A DNA stretch of 64,000 nt from Calcarisporiella thermophila CBS 279.70 (GCF_041956535.1 NW_027192197.1:197829-261828); one strand, 5' to 3'; shown: positions 35,799-49,526, counted from the first letter of the stretch. Made by a program: numbers and translations. The notes: generated by a model not told the origin, from the sequence alone.

Positions 35799-38012
35799 AC
35801 CGGTTACTTGAGAGGAGGAGGGGAGTGGGGCTGATTGAGGAGAGAAGGAGAGGAGGAAGAGGAGAAAAAGTTGTCGAGTAAAGAATAGCCCTTGGATCCT
35901 TTCACCTGCCTTTATTTATAGGCCGTTCTCTGCATGCTATCTAAACTCTTGCAAACACACATCATGGAGAGCTAAGCGCGTCGTCGGATAGGCAAATTTA
36001 CACAAAATATTCTGGGTCGAAGAAGACAATAGTACCTGTCTCGATCCAAAATAAAATAAAGGTTAGCGCTAGCGCCAATTTGGGTAAGGCAGGACAACCG
36101 GCTTGTACCTATATGGCGAACTAATAAATTCAGATAGAGTGGTGGTGACTTGCTATGTGTGAAAGGGCATGTGAGCAGGTAGTCCTTTGCCAACCTTTCC
36201 AACTCAATCCCAGGGTCGGCCGAAACAATGGTGCACTAATCACATTTTGGTTTGAAGGCGCGTCTAAAGGGCCAAAGCCAAGACCAACGTCCTACCCATT
36301 AAAATGGGTTAGACCGCTACTTGTCACATGAAGCTCGCCCTCGCGTCAAGCCGCAATTAACTTTAGTTCATCCCATGGTTTTGGTGCCGTTCCCTCCATC
36401 CACCCTTCTTTACCCCTCCATGCTGACAAACGATGGCCGCCCGGCTACGATGGCTTCGATGGACGAAAAGGAGGGTGCACCTGGCAGCTAGTGATCGAGC
36501 TTCTACCAAGACTTCCAATTCTGAGAATTAAGTTAATTTGTTTTGCACCGCTACCAGGAGAATAAGGTTTCCTTTGCTTATGTCGATCTTTACACAAGAA
36601 ATATAGGAGTTGAACCTCCTGGGAGGACAGAAATGTTGCCTAACTGCTTGGTAGGTAAAGGCCATTTCGTCAGGCAGGCGATTACCTCAGATTTTGAGCC
36701 GGGTATAGTTCTTAGCAGAAGCGAAGAGATCAAAACTTGCCGCAGGGGCATGCCGGCGGAACCGAATATGGAGCGAGAAAGTGTTTCAGTCAACAAGTGG
36801 ATCGCGGTTACCGTAGTTATCACGTAATCAGAGGTATTAAATCCTTAGGTAGATCGGAGCTAAGCATTAAAATAATTTCCCGTCACCGCTTTCCATTTCG
36901 GACCGCTCTACCGCCGCTTCCCTATCATTCCTGCCCCATTGCATCATTAGAGCTGGTGATTAGCGATCCAGCTCTGCCCGTTATCGCACCTTGAACCTCT
37001 TTCGTTATGCGATGGTGGCCTATCTTACTCATGGTCTAAGATTCATGACCGTGAGAAAATATGAGCCGGGCGCATTGTTCATTGAATTTTGCCGATCATT
37101 TATGCGACTATTTGTTTATTCATTTTGACTATGCGCAGGTCACGGTTGAGGCTCACTACACTCTCTTCTCAATCACAACAATTGCACTTGGAAGTCCCCG
37201 GCCTGCTTCCCTTAGAGATACGACCACATCGTAAAATGCAAATTTGCTGCTGCCCAATATAGAGCCAAGAAAACGGTACAAGCACACTAAGCTGGCTTGA
37301 AAGGATCATTCTCTTGTCAATTGACAAAAGTTTATTCAGAGGCCACTAAACAGAGGCCTTCAACTTGTATACAATTCCACAAGTAAAATAGTTATCTGGT
37401 AAGTTACCGGCACTCACTCTCCGTCCACTTCAACCTTCGATCGTATGCTACGCTAATATACATCTCAAACTCTACTTGATCTACGTATGTGTAAAAAATA
37501 TGTGGGCGGAGAATTGGATTCCTTGAGCTGTATAGATCAATTTTTTAAGGGGTTAAGCTTATTCACTGTTAAGCCACTTCAATAAAAAATGCGCAAACCT
37601 TAGGTGCCTCTGCTTTTGTAGCTGTGTAGGTGTGTTAATAAACTGCCTCAGCCGCATAAAAAAAACAAAGGTAAAAAAGCAACATATATTAAGAGTATTA
37701 AAATGAAAATATTGTTATTTACGTGTGCAATGATATTGGCAAACGATAGCTCTCGGGAACAAAGGACGTTTGAGCCTCTCCATGTGTGTTGGGATGGAGT
37801 CTCGAAATGTGGCTTATGAATCGGTTCTCCAGAATTTCTGATTTCCTTCGCGTTCTTCTCATCTCGTTGATCACAAAAGAAAAGAACGTAATTATATTGG
37901 GTAAGAGAGAGCTGCTACTATCGGTGTCTAGATTCTTACCTACAAGTCCATCTTATGATTTATTTTTCTTTTTGCATAAATACATTTTTTGATAGATATA
38001 CCATAACACAAT

Positions 38013-38114
38013 ATGACAGACGATCAATTATCCCTTCTCGTGAATACTTTGGGTGCCGTGATTATGGTGCTCATAATGGCATATCACTACGTCGTTGTGC
38101 GCGCAAAAAACTGA
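38013..38114 (+). CDS. OST4: Oligosaccharyltransferase 4-kDa subunit (33 aa; missed by ORF track)
   Basis: MTDDQLSLLVNTLGAVIMVLIMAYHYVVVRAKN matches the Ost4 pattern (D.QL...N.LG....L...YHYV); probable 5'UTR intron 37901..37995. Confidence 0.9.
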   Translation: MTDDQLSLLVNTLGAVIMVLIMAYHYVVVRAKN

Positions 38115-38469
38115 ACCAAAACGGCCCATCGTAATTAGAGGCTGATGGATCTCTTAATTTGCTCTTTTATTTCTAGATTATTATTGATCGAATTGCACGA
38201 TCGGATGTACAATTTTCGCCATTTTGACTCCTCGTTTCTCTTTTCTTCGTCTTTAAACATGCATACAAGTGCTATTTCGCTCTCTCTTTTTTGGAAGTAA
38301 TTCCATAAAAAGCTTCTTCTAAATTGAAATAGATACATTGTGTCATATCTTTATAAAAGTTAAAGAGGAGGCAGTACAACAAAATATAACGTCAAATACT
38401 CTATGAAATATACATTAAATAGACCGCATCCCCCCCCTCTCTCCTTAAGCCTCTTCCTCTTCACAGTCC

Positions 38470-41158
38470 TTATTGCCCACTCCCTTCCCCCTCGTCCTCC
38501 TCCTCTCTGCCTTCTAAAGCTTCTAAAATCACTAATCTCAGTGCATCGAGTTGATCTTTATCCACAATGCATTCTCTTGCCCGCCCATTACCCAATATAA
38601 TCACTCGATCGTGGTGTCGAAGAAGATGCGTATTATGGCTAACAGATATACATGTAATTCCGAAATGTTTTAAGCGGTTGTAGAGATATGATTCAATTCG
38701 TGGGTCCATGGCAGAAGTGGCTTCATCCAACACTACCAAAACCAAGAAAAGCGGATGGTTGTTAAAAAAGAGACGACAGGCACAAGGAGGCAAGTGGGAA
38801 AGGAAAAGGAAGTCACCAGCAAAAATTGGTTTCCAGAAAAATATTCGCGCGAACGAGAGTCGCTGTTGCTCCCCCGGGGAGAGCATCTTGCTCCATTCCT
38901 GGCCATAGGCTGTGTCGTAGCTTTCAACCATTTCGGAGAGGTGGGAAAGATTGACAAGATTGAGTAGGCGGTCTACTTCCTCATCTGGCACTAGAAGAGT
39001 TCGATAGAGTGAAACATGGGTCAATTGCATTCCTTCCTAAAAGTCTTATCGCCAATTACCTGCATCGGCCGCAAGGATACTCGGATAAGTGATTTGATCG
39101 CGGAGCGATCCAAAAACAAGGTATGAAGTTTGTGGAAGGAATAAAATCGGCTCTCTCGTACCCTCGCGTCGAGGCAGTGCTACCCGCCCTCGAGACGAAG
39201 GCCAAATTCCGCTCATTACTCGCAAAAGTGAGGTTTTCCCGCAACCTAAGAAAATATTAGAGTCAAGCGCACTTGTTGGCCAATTATAAATAATACATGC
39301 CATTATTTCCTACTATCATCACGTTCTCTCCTTTCTTTATATTCAAGTTCAAATTTGAAAATAAGGGCTTGCCATTGGGTGCAGTTATCGACACCCCGTC
39401 GAAGCGGATCTCGACGTCGTTAGCACTATTGAACATGTATATCTCGTTGAGCCAGAGTAAAATGGACAGGATGCATTAAATCGATGGAAACACAGGCGAA
39501 AAAAATACATTACCGCCCGGCATCATCACGGTATGGAAAATCAATATTTAAATTATCCAATTCGCTGTGAATTTCAGACAAAGCTTCCAGCAACTGCCCA
39601 AGACGGGCGGTATATCCCGCCAGCTCAGAAATACGTGCAGATTGGCGGAGAATTTCAGTAAATCGGTGTATAAGATACATGGATATAAAGGAGTTCTAGT
39701 TGAAATAGAAAAAAATTCAGAAAGTGAGGGCGAAAAAATAATTGATTACCCAGCTCACCAGACTAATAATAGAGCTCAATTCCCCTTTGTCTATTCCAGA
39801 GTATGCTCCAGAAAAAATGGCAATAGATATGATCAGATAGCTTAAGATGGATCCAAAGTAAGAGAAAGTCTCATTCGCCACTATAGGGAATCAAAGGTTA
39901 TAGCCGAAAAATCACCCGAGAAATCTTTAGTCAAGCCATCGTTTACGTTTTAGAGCCAGTTCCCTATCCAAGATCTTTTGTTGGGTTCCAAGCAATCCCA
40001 TTAAATTTTGTTCTGCTCGGATTTTCTCTTCTCTTTCCCCACGACTAAACGATATCGATTCGGCAAATACTCGTAGGCGTACATGCATGTATCGGAATCC
40101 ACCCTCCTGCAACTCTTTTGCAAATACACAAGGTACTACCGGGGCTATCAGGAGTTTGCTCACGATCGACCCAATAATGAAATACAGATAGATGAATAGT
40201 GGGCCGAAAATGCCACCCACTGCCCAGCACTTATATGTGTAATAGATTATAAGTAGGGGAGTAACACTGAGCTCTTCGCTAATCTTGCCAATGCATTCGG
40301 CAAATTTGTCAATATCCTGGGTGATCCGCTGGTCACTAAAAAAGTCGGAGGTATCAGTGAAATTGGTAAAATGAGTGGTGAATGTCAGCCTTTATATATT
40401 CTTACGGGTTGTCTACTCTGCTCTCGTGGAGTAGTGCCAATTTGTAGAGAGTACCAGGTTGAATGTACAGATTTTGGAAGTAGACTGTAAGGATCCGGCG
40501 GATTTTAAGAGAAAAGAGCCCACACATATAGCTTACGACCGCTTTTGCCTAATGACAAGCATTTGGAAGCATTCAGGACATAAGATTGGGCGACCCTCGC
40601 ATACAAAGAGACACTTACCGATCCAGCAAGCCCTACCAACACGAGGGACTCTAACACCAGAAGCTTGAAGTCGCCCGAATTTTCGCTCAGCAAAATTTTA
40701 TAGAATTTACTTGGCAACAAGCCAACAAAGTAGTAGATGAATTCAGTGAGGGTACAGAGGCTTAAGAAAACGAGATAAAACCAAAAAAGTCCACGGCGCG
40801 CTGAAAGCGGGAGAAAAAGGATGCGTAATAGGCGAGTAAAACGCGAAAAGAAGAGGGAATCAAAACCGTGTTGGCGAGTGAGCGAACTTTGTGTGGGGGT
40901 TAGAGAGGTGGTTGTGCTCGTCGCTTGTAAGTTTTGAAAAGAGGCTGTTGCGGCTACAGAGCTAAGAAGAAGTTAGCAGGGTTATAAATTGCGGAGGTAG
41001 AGTCAGAAGTCGCTTTTGGCTTGAACCCTTGTGAAAATAAGCGCCCATTTCTATAAGATAGTATACCTCTCATGATCATCATCCTTGATACTTTCAACCT
41101 CGTACTGGTAGGCCGACTCTTCCGATGGTAGGAGCAAGTCATAGGAATAGGATTTCAT
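38470..41158 (-). CDS. ABC subfamily D half-transporter, ABCD4-like
   Basis: Multi-exon; FDSLFFSRFTRLLRIL, NPDQRITQD, FAESISF, Walker A GNNGCGKT (split by a GC-AG intron), LSPGEQQRL, LDEATSA. Confidence 0.88.
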
Positions 41159-41375
41159 TTTTCCAGCTATCGATCGCATCGCATTGTATTATGAATTAGG
41201 GTGGAAAGAGGATCAAGAGTGACAAAGTAGTCACATTGAGATGTGTCAATTTCTGAAATCTATTGATTTTATTTTCAATTCTGATACATGTGCTATTTGG
41301 ATACAAAAGAAGAACGCTCAAAAATCGACGAGCAAGAAGCATCAATAGTATAAAAGTAAGAAATAGGCCTTGCAG

Positions 41376-42097
41376 TCAATGTGCCTCGAGTGCTGCGGGC
41401 GGGGCCTTGCGTGCGCGGAACATGCGAGTAAAAGGGTTACGGAAGGTAGTAGGTCCCAGAGGCGGGGAGATATCGCTAGAGGTGCGAGAATTTCCTGCGC
41501 CATTAGCAGGCGTAGATTTGAAACCTTTGGTTATACGCTTATAGTTGTCGATATATCTAGAGTGAAAAAATAGGATAAAGTCAGTTCAATAGATTATAGA
41601 TCAATCAGCTATGCAGGCCACACATACTCTATCTGTTTCTTGTTGAAGGCACCGCGGCGATATCGCCGCACATACTCTATGGCATCGAGTGGCTTCATCC
41701 CAAGTTCAATCAATGCCACGGCGACCATCACACACGCACGGCCAAGGCCGGCAACGCAATGGACAGCGATGGTCACTTGATTACCCTCACGATACCTCTG
41801 TTCTACCAAAGCGAGCCACTTCTTTGTGATATGGACAGGAGGAGCTGCGCCATCGCGGAATGGCAGGTCATGGACTTGAATTCCGTTGGCTTCAAGTGGA
41901 GCAGTTGAATAGGTTGGTTCACAGACCCGCACGACATCAGTTACATTGTACCGATGGAACTCCTTAAGGTAGAGCGATATCGTAGAATCAGTTGGACAAT
42001 CAAAGATGAGAAATCGGAGAGGTGAGTCTTGAACTTCAACGACAGAGATCATCCGACTAACGGATGAGGCAGCCGGGCGTTGAGCATAGGCGGGCAT
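41376..42097 (-). CDS. PRL/PTP4A-like protein tyrosine phosphatase
   Basis: RFLIFDCPT, VRVCEPTY, PFRDGAAPP, VHCVAGLGRA, RRGAFN; second exon ends ..AALEAH*. Confidence 0.9.
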
Positions 42098-42812
42098 TGT
42101 GTTTTAGAGAAAAATGTATATAAATAAAATATAGATTATAGAATAATAGGGAGGAGTAGAGCAGGAAAAAGCAAATATATATATAGAAAAAAAGGTAGAG
42201 TAGGGATGGAAGGAATAAAGGCCAGTCTAAGAGGATTACAGATGTTGATAGTAACTGTAGATGTTAGAGAAGAAACTAAGAAAAATTAGCCTCCGTCGTC
42301 CTTCTCTCCAGAAAGATTTCCAGCACAGAACGCAATGGAGAGGGAAGCCCAAAGTGCGAATACGGCTGGTGGAAAGAGATCAGTTGAAAAAACTCTCATA
42401 GAAGTGTATAAGTGAGAAGAGTAAGAGAAAAAAGAAAACAAAAATTTTTCAAAATATATCCACGCCGATATCTCCACCAGATCAACCAACGGGCATTGGT
42501 CCGCCCAGAAAATTTTTTCAAATCGATTTTGTAGATTGGTACAATCTATTGTAAATTAGGCCTTGCAAAAGTCAAAAATGATATCAGAAACAAAAGTAAT
42601 AGAGAAAAAAGTCCAAATGAAATAACAACATAGATGTCTTTTTTTTTTCTCACGAGCAATCCATAGCAAATTGAGGAGGAAAAAAAATATAAGAAATTCA
42701 CATCAAAAGAATCAAACTACTATGCAATATACATAAATTAAAAAGATGGCGTGAATATCTTCTAAAAGTAATTCAAGGGCGTATTGATGCTCGGAAAGAA
42801 CTCGTGGACTTT

Positions 42813-45800
42813 TTAGCCCGCCTTCACCTTCTTGCTCTCGTCCCCTTCTGCTGTCTGCGCATTCTCTATCTCTTGGAGCTTACGCTTCAGATTCGTGTTT
42901 TGCCGCTCAACTTGGCTCACCTTTACCGATAATCGCATATTCTGCTGTCGCATCTCTTCTTGACTTTTCTTGAATTTTTTCTACAAAGAGAGTGGGTAAA
43001 TCTTGGGTGAATAGTATATTCGTATGAACAAACTTACATTGAGTAAGGTCAACTTCTTAATGTTCATAAATGCCCATTCAGCCTTTGCTTTCTGATCCTC
43101 CATTCTTGCATTCACACGGTCTATTACTTGCCCACCCAACATGGTCTGAGTTGCGATCGAAACAACATTGCCTGTTGTTTGTGATTTTTCAGAGGTTGAA
43201 GAGAGAGGAGTAGGGGAAATAGTTGACTCCCCTAAATGTTGTGGAGTTGAAATAATTGGGGCTGGTAGTCTTGACTCTTCGGTCTGAGTCTCGGTGGTGC
43301 GGACATCTCGGACAGAGTTGCGTGCCTGTCGCGGATCAAGTGAACGCACTTGTAGTTTTTGGATGGCGGTCTGAAGACGGTCCTTCTCAGCACGCATTTG
43401 CGTCTAGAATAATTAATCAACGGGGACATTAAGTGAAATGATGCATGTTAAGCAAAATAAAATTTCAATTACCAGCTCATTTGCTGTATTTCCTTTCTCG
43501 GTCTCGGCTTGACGCAATTTCTCGCGCATCTTTCCAAGTGTGTCTTTCCACAGGGTGCAATGCTGTGAAAGTTGGGCGACCTAAAGGATAATCTCGTAAA
43601 TAAGCAAGGGCTATTAAAGTAAAAGCTAAGCATGATGGGAAATACTTTTTGATTTTCTGCCTGCAAATCTGCTTGAAGTTTTGAAATGGTTTCCGACTTT
43701 TCGCCAGCCTCTTTGCTCGAATCCTCAAGCTTCTTTGTGATGCTCGCCATTTCCTCCTGAGCTTTTTTGACTTCTTCCGCCTTCTTTCGTACTTCCTCTG
43801 CGAGTTTATCTTTCTCCAGTTTAATACGAATATTCTGGGTCATAAGCTCCTTCGATCGTTGCTCCTGGGTCTCAATGTTTGCGCGCAACTATCAAAACAA
43901 AATTTGTTTGCTTTACCCTGCAGGAAAAATTGGAAAAGAGATACTAACGGTTTGTAAAATTTCTTCTTTCGATCTTAATAATTCTTCTATATCTTTCTTG
44001 GACGAGATCTGATTCTCGAGTTCCGCAACTATGGCAAGAATGCTATCCACTTCAGCTCGGAGGACCCCAAGCTGATGCTCGTGCTCCAACCGCACCGCCA
44101 TCAGTTCTTCTGCTTGCTCAAAATCTATCGATGACCTAAGATTTGAACCAATAAAGTCAGCAATGTTCTGTTTATTAGAACAGTTGATAATCGCACCTAT
44201 CCACATCTACATCCATGCCACTTTGCCCTGGGATGGTCTCTAACCTGGCTAAACTCTCCTCTAAGCTTTCTTTTTCCTTAGTGAGCTCTCTCACAGATAC
44301 ACGCAGTTCTGAAATTAGCTGTTCCAACTCAATAGTCCTTCCTTGCATTTCTTCACGCTCTTGTTCCGCCATCTCGAACTTAGCCCGCTGATGGGCAACG
44401 GTATCATGCAATGAGCGAATTTCCTCTTTAAGTCTTTCCACCTCGAGGGTTGCTTCTGCAAGGCGATGCTGACTTGATTTGGATTCCGCAAGCTCGCGTC
44501 TATATGTTTCTTCCTGTTGCAGTAATTGGCGGCGCAATTGATTTTTCTCTTCACCTATGGCGTCTTTCTCTTCTACGAGTCGTTGCACTGTTCGTTGCTC
44601 ATAAGCAAGAGCCTCGCGGAGATTAGCAGAATCTCGCTGGGCCGCCTGCTGCTGTTGTAAAATTTCTTCTTGATGATTCTTTTGATCCTGAAGCTCTTGA
44701 TCGCGCTGGCGTATTTGTTCAAGCAGGGTATTGATTGCATCCTCCTTCTGCTGGCGAATTTGTTTCTCGGTGGTATACGCATTTTCTAATTTATCGTATT
44801 GTACTAGAGAGCGATATGATCACAAATCATTGAGAGTTCGCATTCCAAGACTTCGAAATGTATATATTTACCATTTAATGAACGAAGCAGTTCCTGTAAC
44901 CGCGTAACCTCCTTTGTGATTTCCTGCACCTGATTTTCAGCTGCACACTGGACACCTGAATCTGAGAAGCCATGATTCTCAAAAAGACGCCTCAGCTCAT
45001 CATTCTTCTGAGTAGCAGTATCGCGCCTGGAAATAAAAATAGTTCGCATCAATACTCAGAGAAGCAGGATATTAGGCATAAAACTTACTGTTCAACTAAA
45101 CTTTCTAGTTGCAGTTGCATTTTCGCAATAATTCCTTCGAATTCCTGCTCCTGTGAGTTGAGCACCTCCTCGAGTCGTTGGATTTCCGATACCTGTTTTC
45201 GCATTTCCTCTTCTTGCACGACCATTTTTCTTATCAGACTGATATTATTCTGTTGTAACTCGCGGATCCCGCGGAAGGTGATATATTCCTCCGGGGTTTC
45301 CTCAGGCTTGCCTAAATCTTCCAGTGTATTCGAATGGGGATATCGGAGACGCTTTACTTCGAGTAAGAGTGACTGGACTTGTTTGTGGAGATCAGAATTC
45401 ACTATAATTCAAAAAGTATAAAAATTATTTTAGAGAAAAATAATGTAAAGATTTTCCCAAAACTTACACTTCTTCAGGATGCTATGCTCATTTTTGTTCA
45501 GCTCAGCAACTGAGTTGCTTTCCTGTGCTTGGCGCTTAAAGGATTCCATTTCTTCCTTTATCTGCGATAACTGAAGGGAGAGCTTTTCGTTTTCTTCTTT
45601 TAGCAAGGCATTCACTCGATATTGCTCGTTAAGGATAATCCCCTGAAAAAATATTGTTGGAAACCAGTGTTTAGTATTCTCACTAACCGTTTTCAAACCA
45701 ATAAACAAATACATTATTCCGAATTTCTTCCAAGACATGCTCGAATGATTGACGGTAGAAAGCAGACTGTTGCTCCTTTGCTGCGATCTCACTTTTAAGT

Positions 45801-47141
45801 GAATTATTTTCGTTAATCTATTCGAAAAATTTAGTAAATTATCAGAGAAAAACGAAAGACGAGCTAAAATTAAACTAACTATATCCATGAACGATCCCCC
45901 GCTGGTAATTATACGATCTGCTACAGCAGCTGTACCAGATAAAATTTCCAACTAAAATCATCAAAATATTACTATTAGCTATTATGCTGGAATAAAACAG
46001 AAAGCCTATATGTCAAGACTCATGCCTGAGACGACGGCTGGTTCAATTGGTTATCGTCAAGTTTCACTGAAATATTCTCATTCTTTGTCTGCAATAATTT
46101 CTCAGCTTCATGCAGCTGCGCCCGTAGATTACCTATCTCCGCATCATATTCCTCCTTTTCTCGTCGTAGTTGTTCGATTTGAACTTCCCACCGAGAGTCG
46201 TTCTCCGCTAATATCTGCTCCAAACGATTTCTAACTTCCTCCAATTCGAGTATTCGTGCACGAGATTCCAATGCTTCCTTCTGTAAAAGTTCAGCCTCGC
46301 GCTGTCGCATTTCAATATCGCTCACAAAACCCGCCTCGATATTTTTGCAACGGAATTCGAGCTCGCGTATACGACGAGTAGATTCTTGAAGTTCACGGTT
46401 TTTATCCTGGAAGCTCGTTGACCAATAAGAAACAGATTGCTCCGCAGCAGCAGCCTCAGAGCGGGCGCGCTGTAAGTCGTTCTCCAATTTCCGTGTATCA
46501 CGAACAGACTTTTCACGGTACTGGCGGAAATTCTCCTCAATGGCGTCGCGGTCTTTGACAATGGAATCAATTTCTTGTCGCAGGCGATCTTGTTCTCGCT
46601 GCGCTGTTGCCAGTTGCGACTGTAATTCAAAAATGCGTAAATATCAATTATTATTATATGATTTTCTCCAATTTATTAGTTGCCTTAAAAATTTCCCCAT
46701 GGTTCTGAGACTCCTGAACTTGGAGTTCGAGTTGCCCAATCTTGACTTTGGAATCAAACAGATCTTGCTTTGTAGTCTTCAGAACGGCTATTGGGAAATA
46801 AAAATAGATGCTAAGTATTATATCCGATAAAAAAAATTACTTTTAGAGCTCAGTTGATTCTTACATAGAGTTTGCTCTTGTACATGTTGTCTCTCTTCAT
46901 ATAAAGCAATGGCTTGATTGCGCTTAATCTTCGAGTCTTGTAGTTCTAACTGGAGACGCTCCACTTCTCGTTTGTACTTTAAGAGCTCTTGATCTAGTTG
47001 AAAAGCTAATCGCATTAGTAGGAGAGATCATATCAAAAGTGTAGCTAATATACCGTGGAGAGTTTTGTCTAAAGTAAGCTTGGCCTTCAGCTCTTCGATC
47101 TGTCGTGCTAGAATGACTCCATGATCGTTGGGCTCCGGCAT
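42813..47141 (-). CDS. Tpr/Mlp-like nuclear-basket coiled-coil protein (many exons)
   Basis: Long heptad-rich exons; Tpr-type blocks LSGTAAVA..GGSFMDI and ITFRGIRELQQNNISLIR; C-terminal bipartite NLS-like KRK..KKVK. Confidence 0.7.
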
Positions 47142-47897
47142 GATTGTTTCGCTTATATTATTAGCGAACAATCTCGGTAAGATTATAGAAAACTTTCAAC
47201 GCGCGAGTCCCATAAGACCTCAAAAATACATAAGCCACCAAATTAAATATATTATTTTCTCATAATTCGTTAATACATTAACACGGACATAATGTATTGA
47301 AATAAATTAAAATAATATAAAACAAAGTAAGTGGATAATATGAGAAAGAATAAGAATACATTATATAGATAGTTATTTAGTGTATATTTTATAGTTATGA
47401 TATACTATTTTCAGATAAATTCATGGTGCAATTACAATACTAGATTGTTGCAAAATCTCCATATTTGTACAGTTGGCATCAAGAGTGGGCAAATGAAGAC
47501 AATAGACCTACTCTAAATGAACAATTGTATATTTACTTGAAGTATTTGCATCAATACTAAATACAATTTGACACTGCGAGCGAGATAAATAGAAGCAATA
47601 TGACAGTGGAAAGAAATTGCGGAGGAATATGCGAGATCCCCTACTGCAATGGCTATATGGTAACCAATCTTTTAGAATCATATCTTGTTAACATGCACAC
47701 TGGTACTTTTTTTTAGCATTTATTTACTTTAGATTTGTGTAATTATGTTAGTTTGACAGCAGGAACTATATGTCAGTTTCCAAATTACATTCATAAATTG
47801 AAATCTATAAAATCAAATTCGATATCCTCAAAAGATATCTGAAAAAATACATAATAATTTTGTTTGAAGTCTAATCCAAATAATTAGGAGAGAATCA

Positions 47898-48980
47898 TCA
47901 TGCGCTTCCTAGTCTATGACCCTGGCCAGGAAATGATGAGGGTGGGGATGTCGATTGGGTAGTATTTGAAGGGGGGGAAGTATAAAAACTGGAAGTTAAT
48001 GTTCTATGTACCCAAATTTTTTAAAACTTTCAATTTAATGGAATCACCGCTTTTTTTTTGAATGTCTACTTACGGGTCAACATCCGATTGTGAAATAGGA
48101 AGCCAGCCTCTTCCTTCGCGTGCCTCATGGATACTTACAAATCCAGACCAGTCAACTATCCACGAAAGAGGGCGATATGACTCTAAACGCTCATAAAATG
48201 TGTCGCTAGGTAGTATACGATCAAAGTAGCCGTAGGCAAAGAGATAACCTGTCGCAATGCCGCATAAATGTCCCAAGAATGCTGCTCCCGGGAAGAGGAG
48301 CTGTATTATCAACAACAAAAATATTGGATAAATATGGGCAGGAATCTGAACTAGGCCAAAGAAACTGTAACATAACATTAGGAAAAGGGTAAATTTCAGG
48401 CTATATATATCACAAAGATCACCTGATTTCTTGTCCAGAAATTTGTCGAACTTGCCAAACAATTAATGCGAACACATTTCCACTCAATCCTCCAATAATC
48501 GCACCACTTCCAAACAGCCCAGTCACATTCAGTGCAATTAAAATTAGGCAGTAAAAGATCGCAGAAACTAATGTGTAGGGAAACATAAAGGTGGTAAGGC
48601 ATTTGAGAGTACCCTGGGCTCTTTCTTGAGAGAAACTGAGTGGGACAAATGCGATAAGATTGAAAAGTATATGGGGAAATGAGAGGTGTATGAATGGGTA
48701 AGTAATAATCCTGTAAACTATAGTAACAATGAGCATGTTTTTACGTAATTTGAAAAATTAGATGGTTACCTTGGTGTCTGTATATTATAGCTTCCATCCA
48801 TAAACCCAAACTTGCCGATAAGTCGTGTACAAACCATCCAACAGCATAAAACACCAGACAGGTTCCAAGCACGAAGGAAGTAAACAGAGGGATTGATTTG
48901 GCATACTGTTTAGCACTTGTAAGCAATGGTTCGATTTGATCGCGAAAAGACGTGCGGAAAGGTTGCGGAGCTTGGGACAT
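47898..48980 (-). CDS. Rhomboid-family intramembrane protease (Rbd2/RHBDL4-like) with C-terminal SHP box
   Basis: YRIITYPFIH..HILFN, GLSG, FLGHLCG; last exon FPGQGHRLG; four exons. Confidence 0.85.
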
Positions 48981-49526
48981 GATTCGCTTGAATTATTATG
49001 TGAAAATCGAAAAGATACACCGGGAAAGGGATAATGAAAGATATTTAAAATATTCTAGTGGCACAGCAGATTTGGCCGTAAGATATCGATACAATGGGCG
49101 TTGATCCTATAAAATTTAAACCATCCCTGTTAACTAACAAATATTCTCATATTTTATCTAAATTTAATGAAAAAGTGTATATTCTTAATGTAATACTTAT
49201 GAATGCAACAATAAACCCTCAGCATGTAGTCTCGTCGCTCTGATAATCGCTTAATAATATAACAGAGAAATTTTAGTTGTGCTGAATGTGCCGTTACTTA
49301 ATGATTAATCGAGCAATATTAGCCCCACGATCCAAATCAAATAACTTCCTAACATACCTATCTTCCGTTTGGTTTAATGAAGAATGAACTTAAATTATTT
49401 TAATAACGAAAATATCTACAGAGGGATAGTTAAGGATGCGGCAAATTTATCGGGCGCCATCAAAAATTGAACCGTCATCTTAATTTTCTCACTTAATAGT
49501 TTGACCATTATAACGAATTTTGAAGG

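Noticed and set aside
36295-37330. Short palindromes ACCCATTAAAATGGGT and TTGTCAATTGACAA
   Set aside because: Isolated and short, compatible with chance; no element structure around them.
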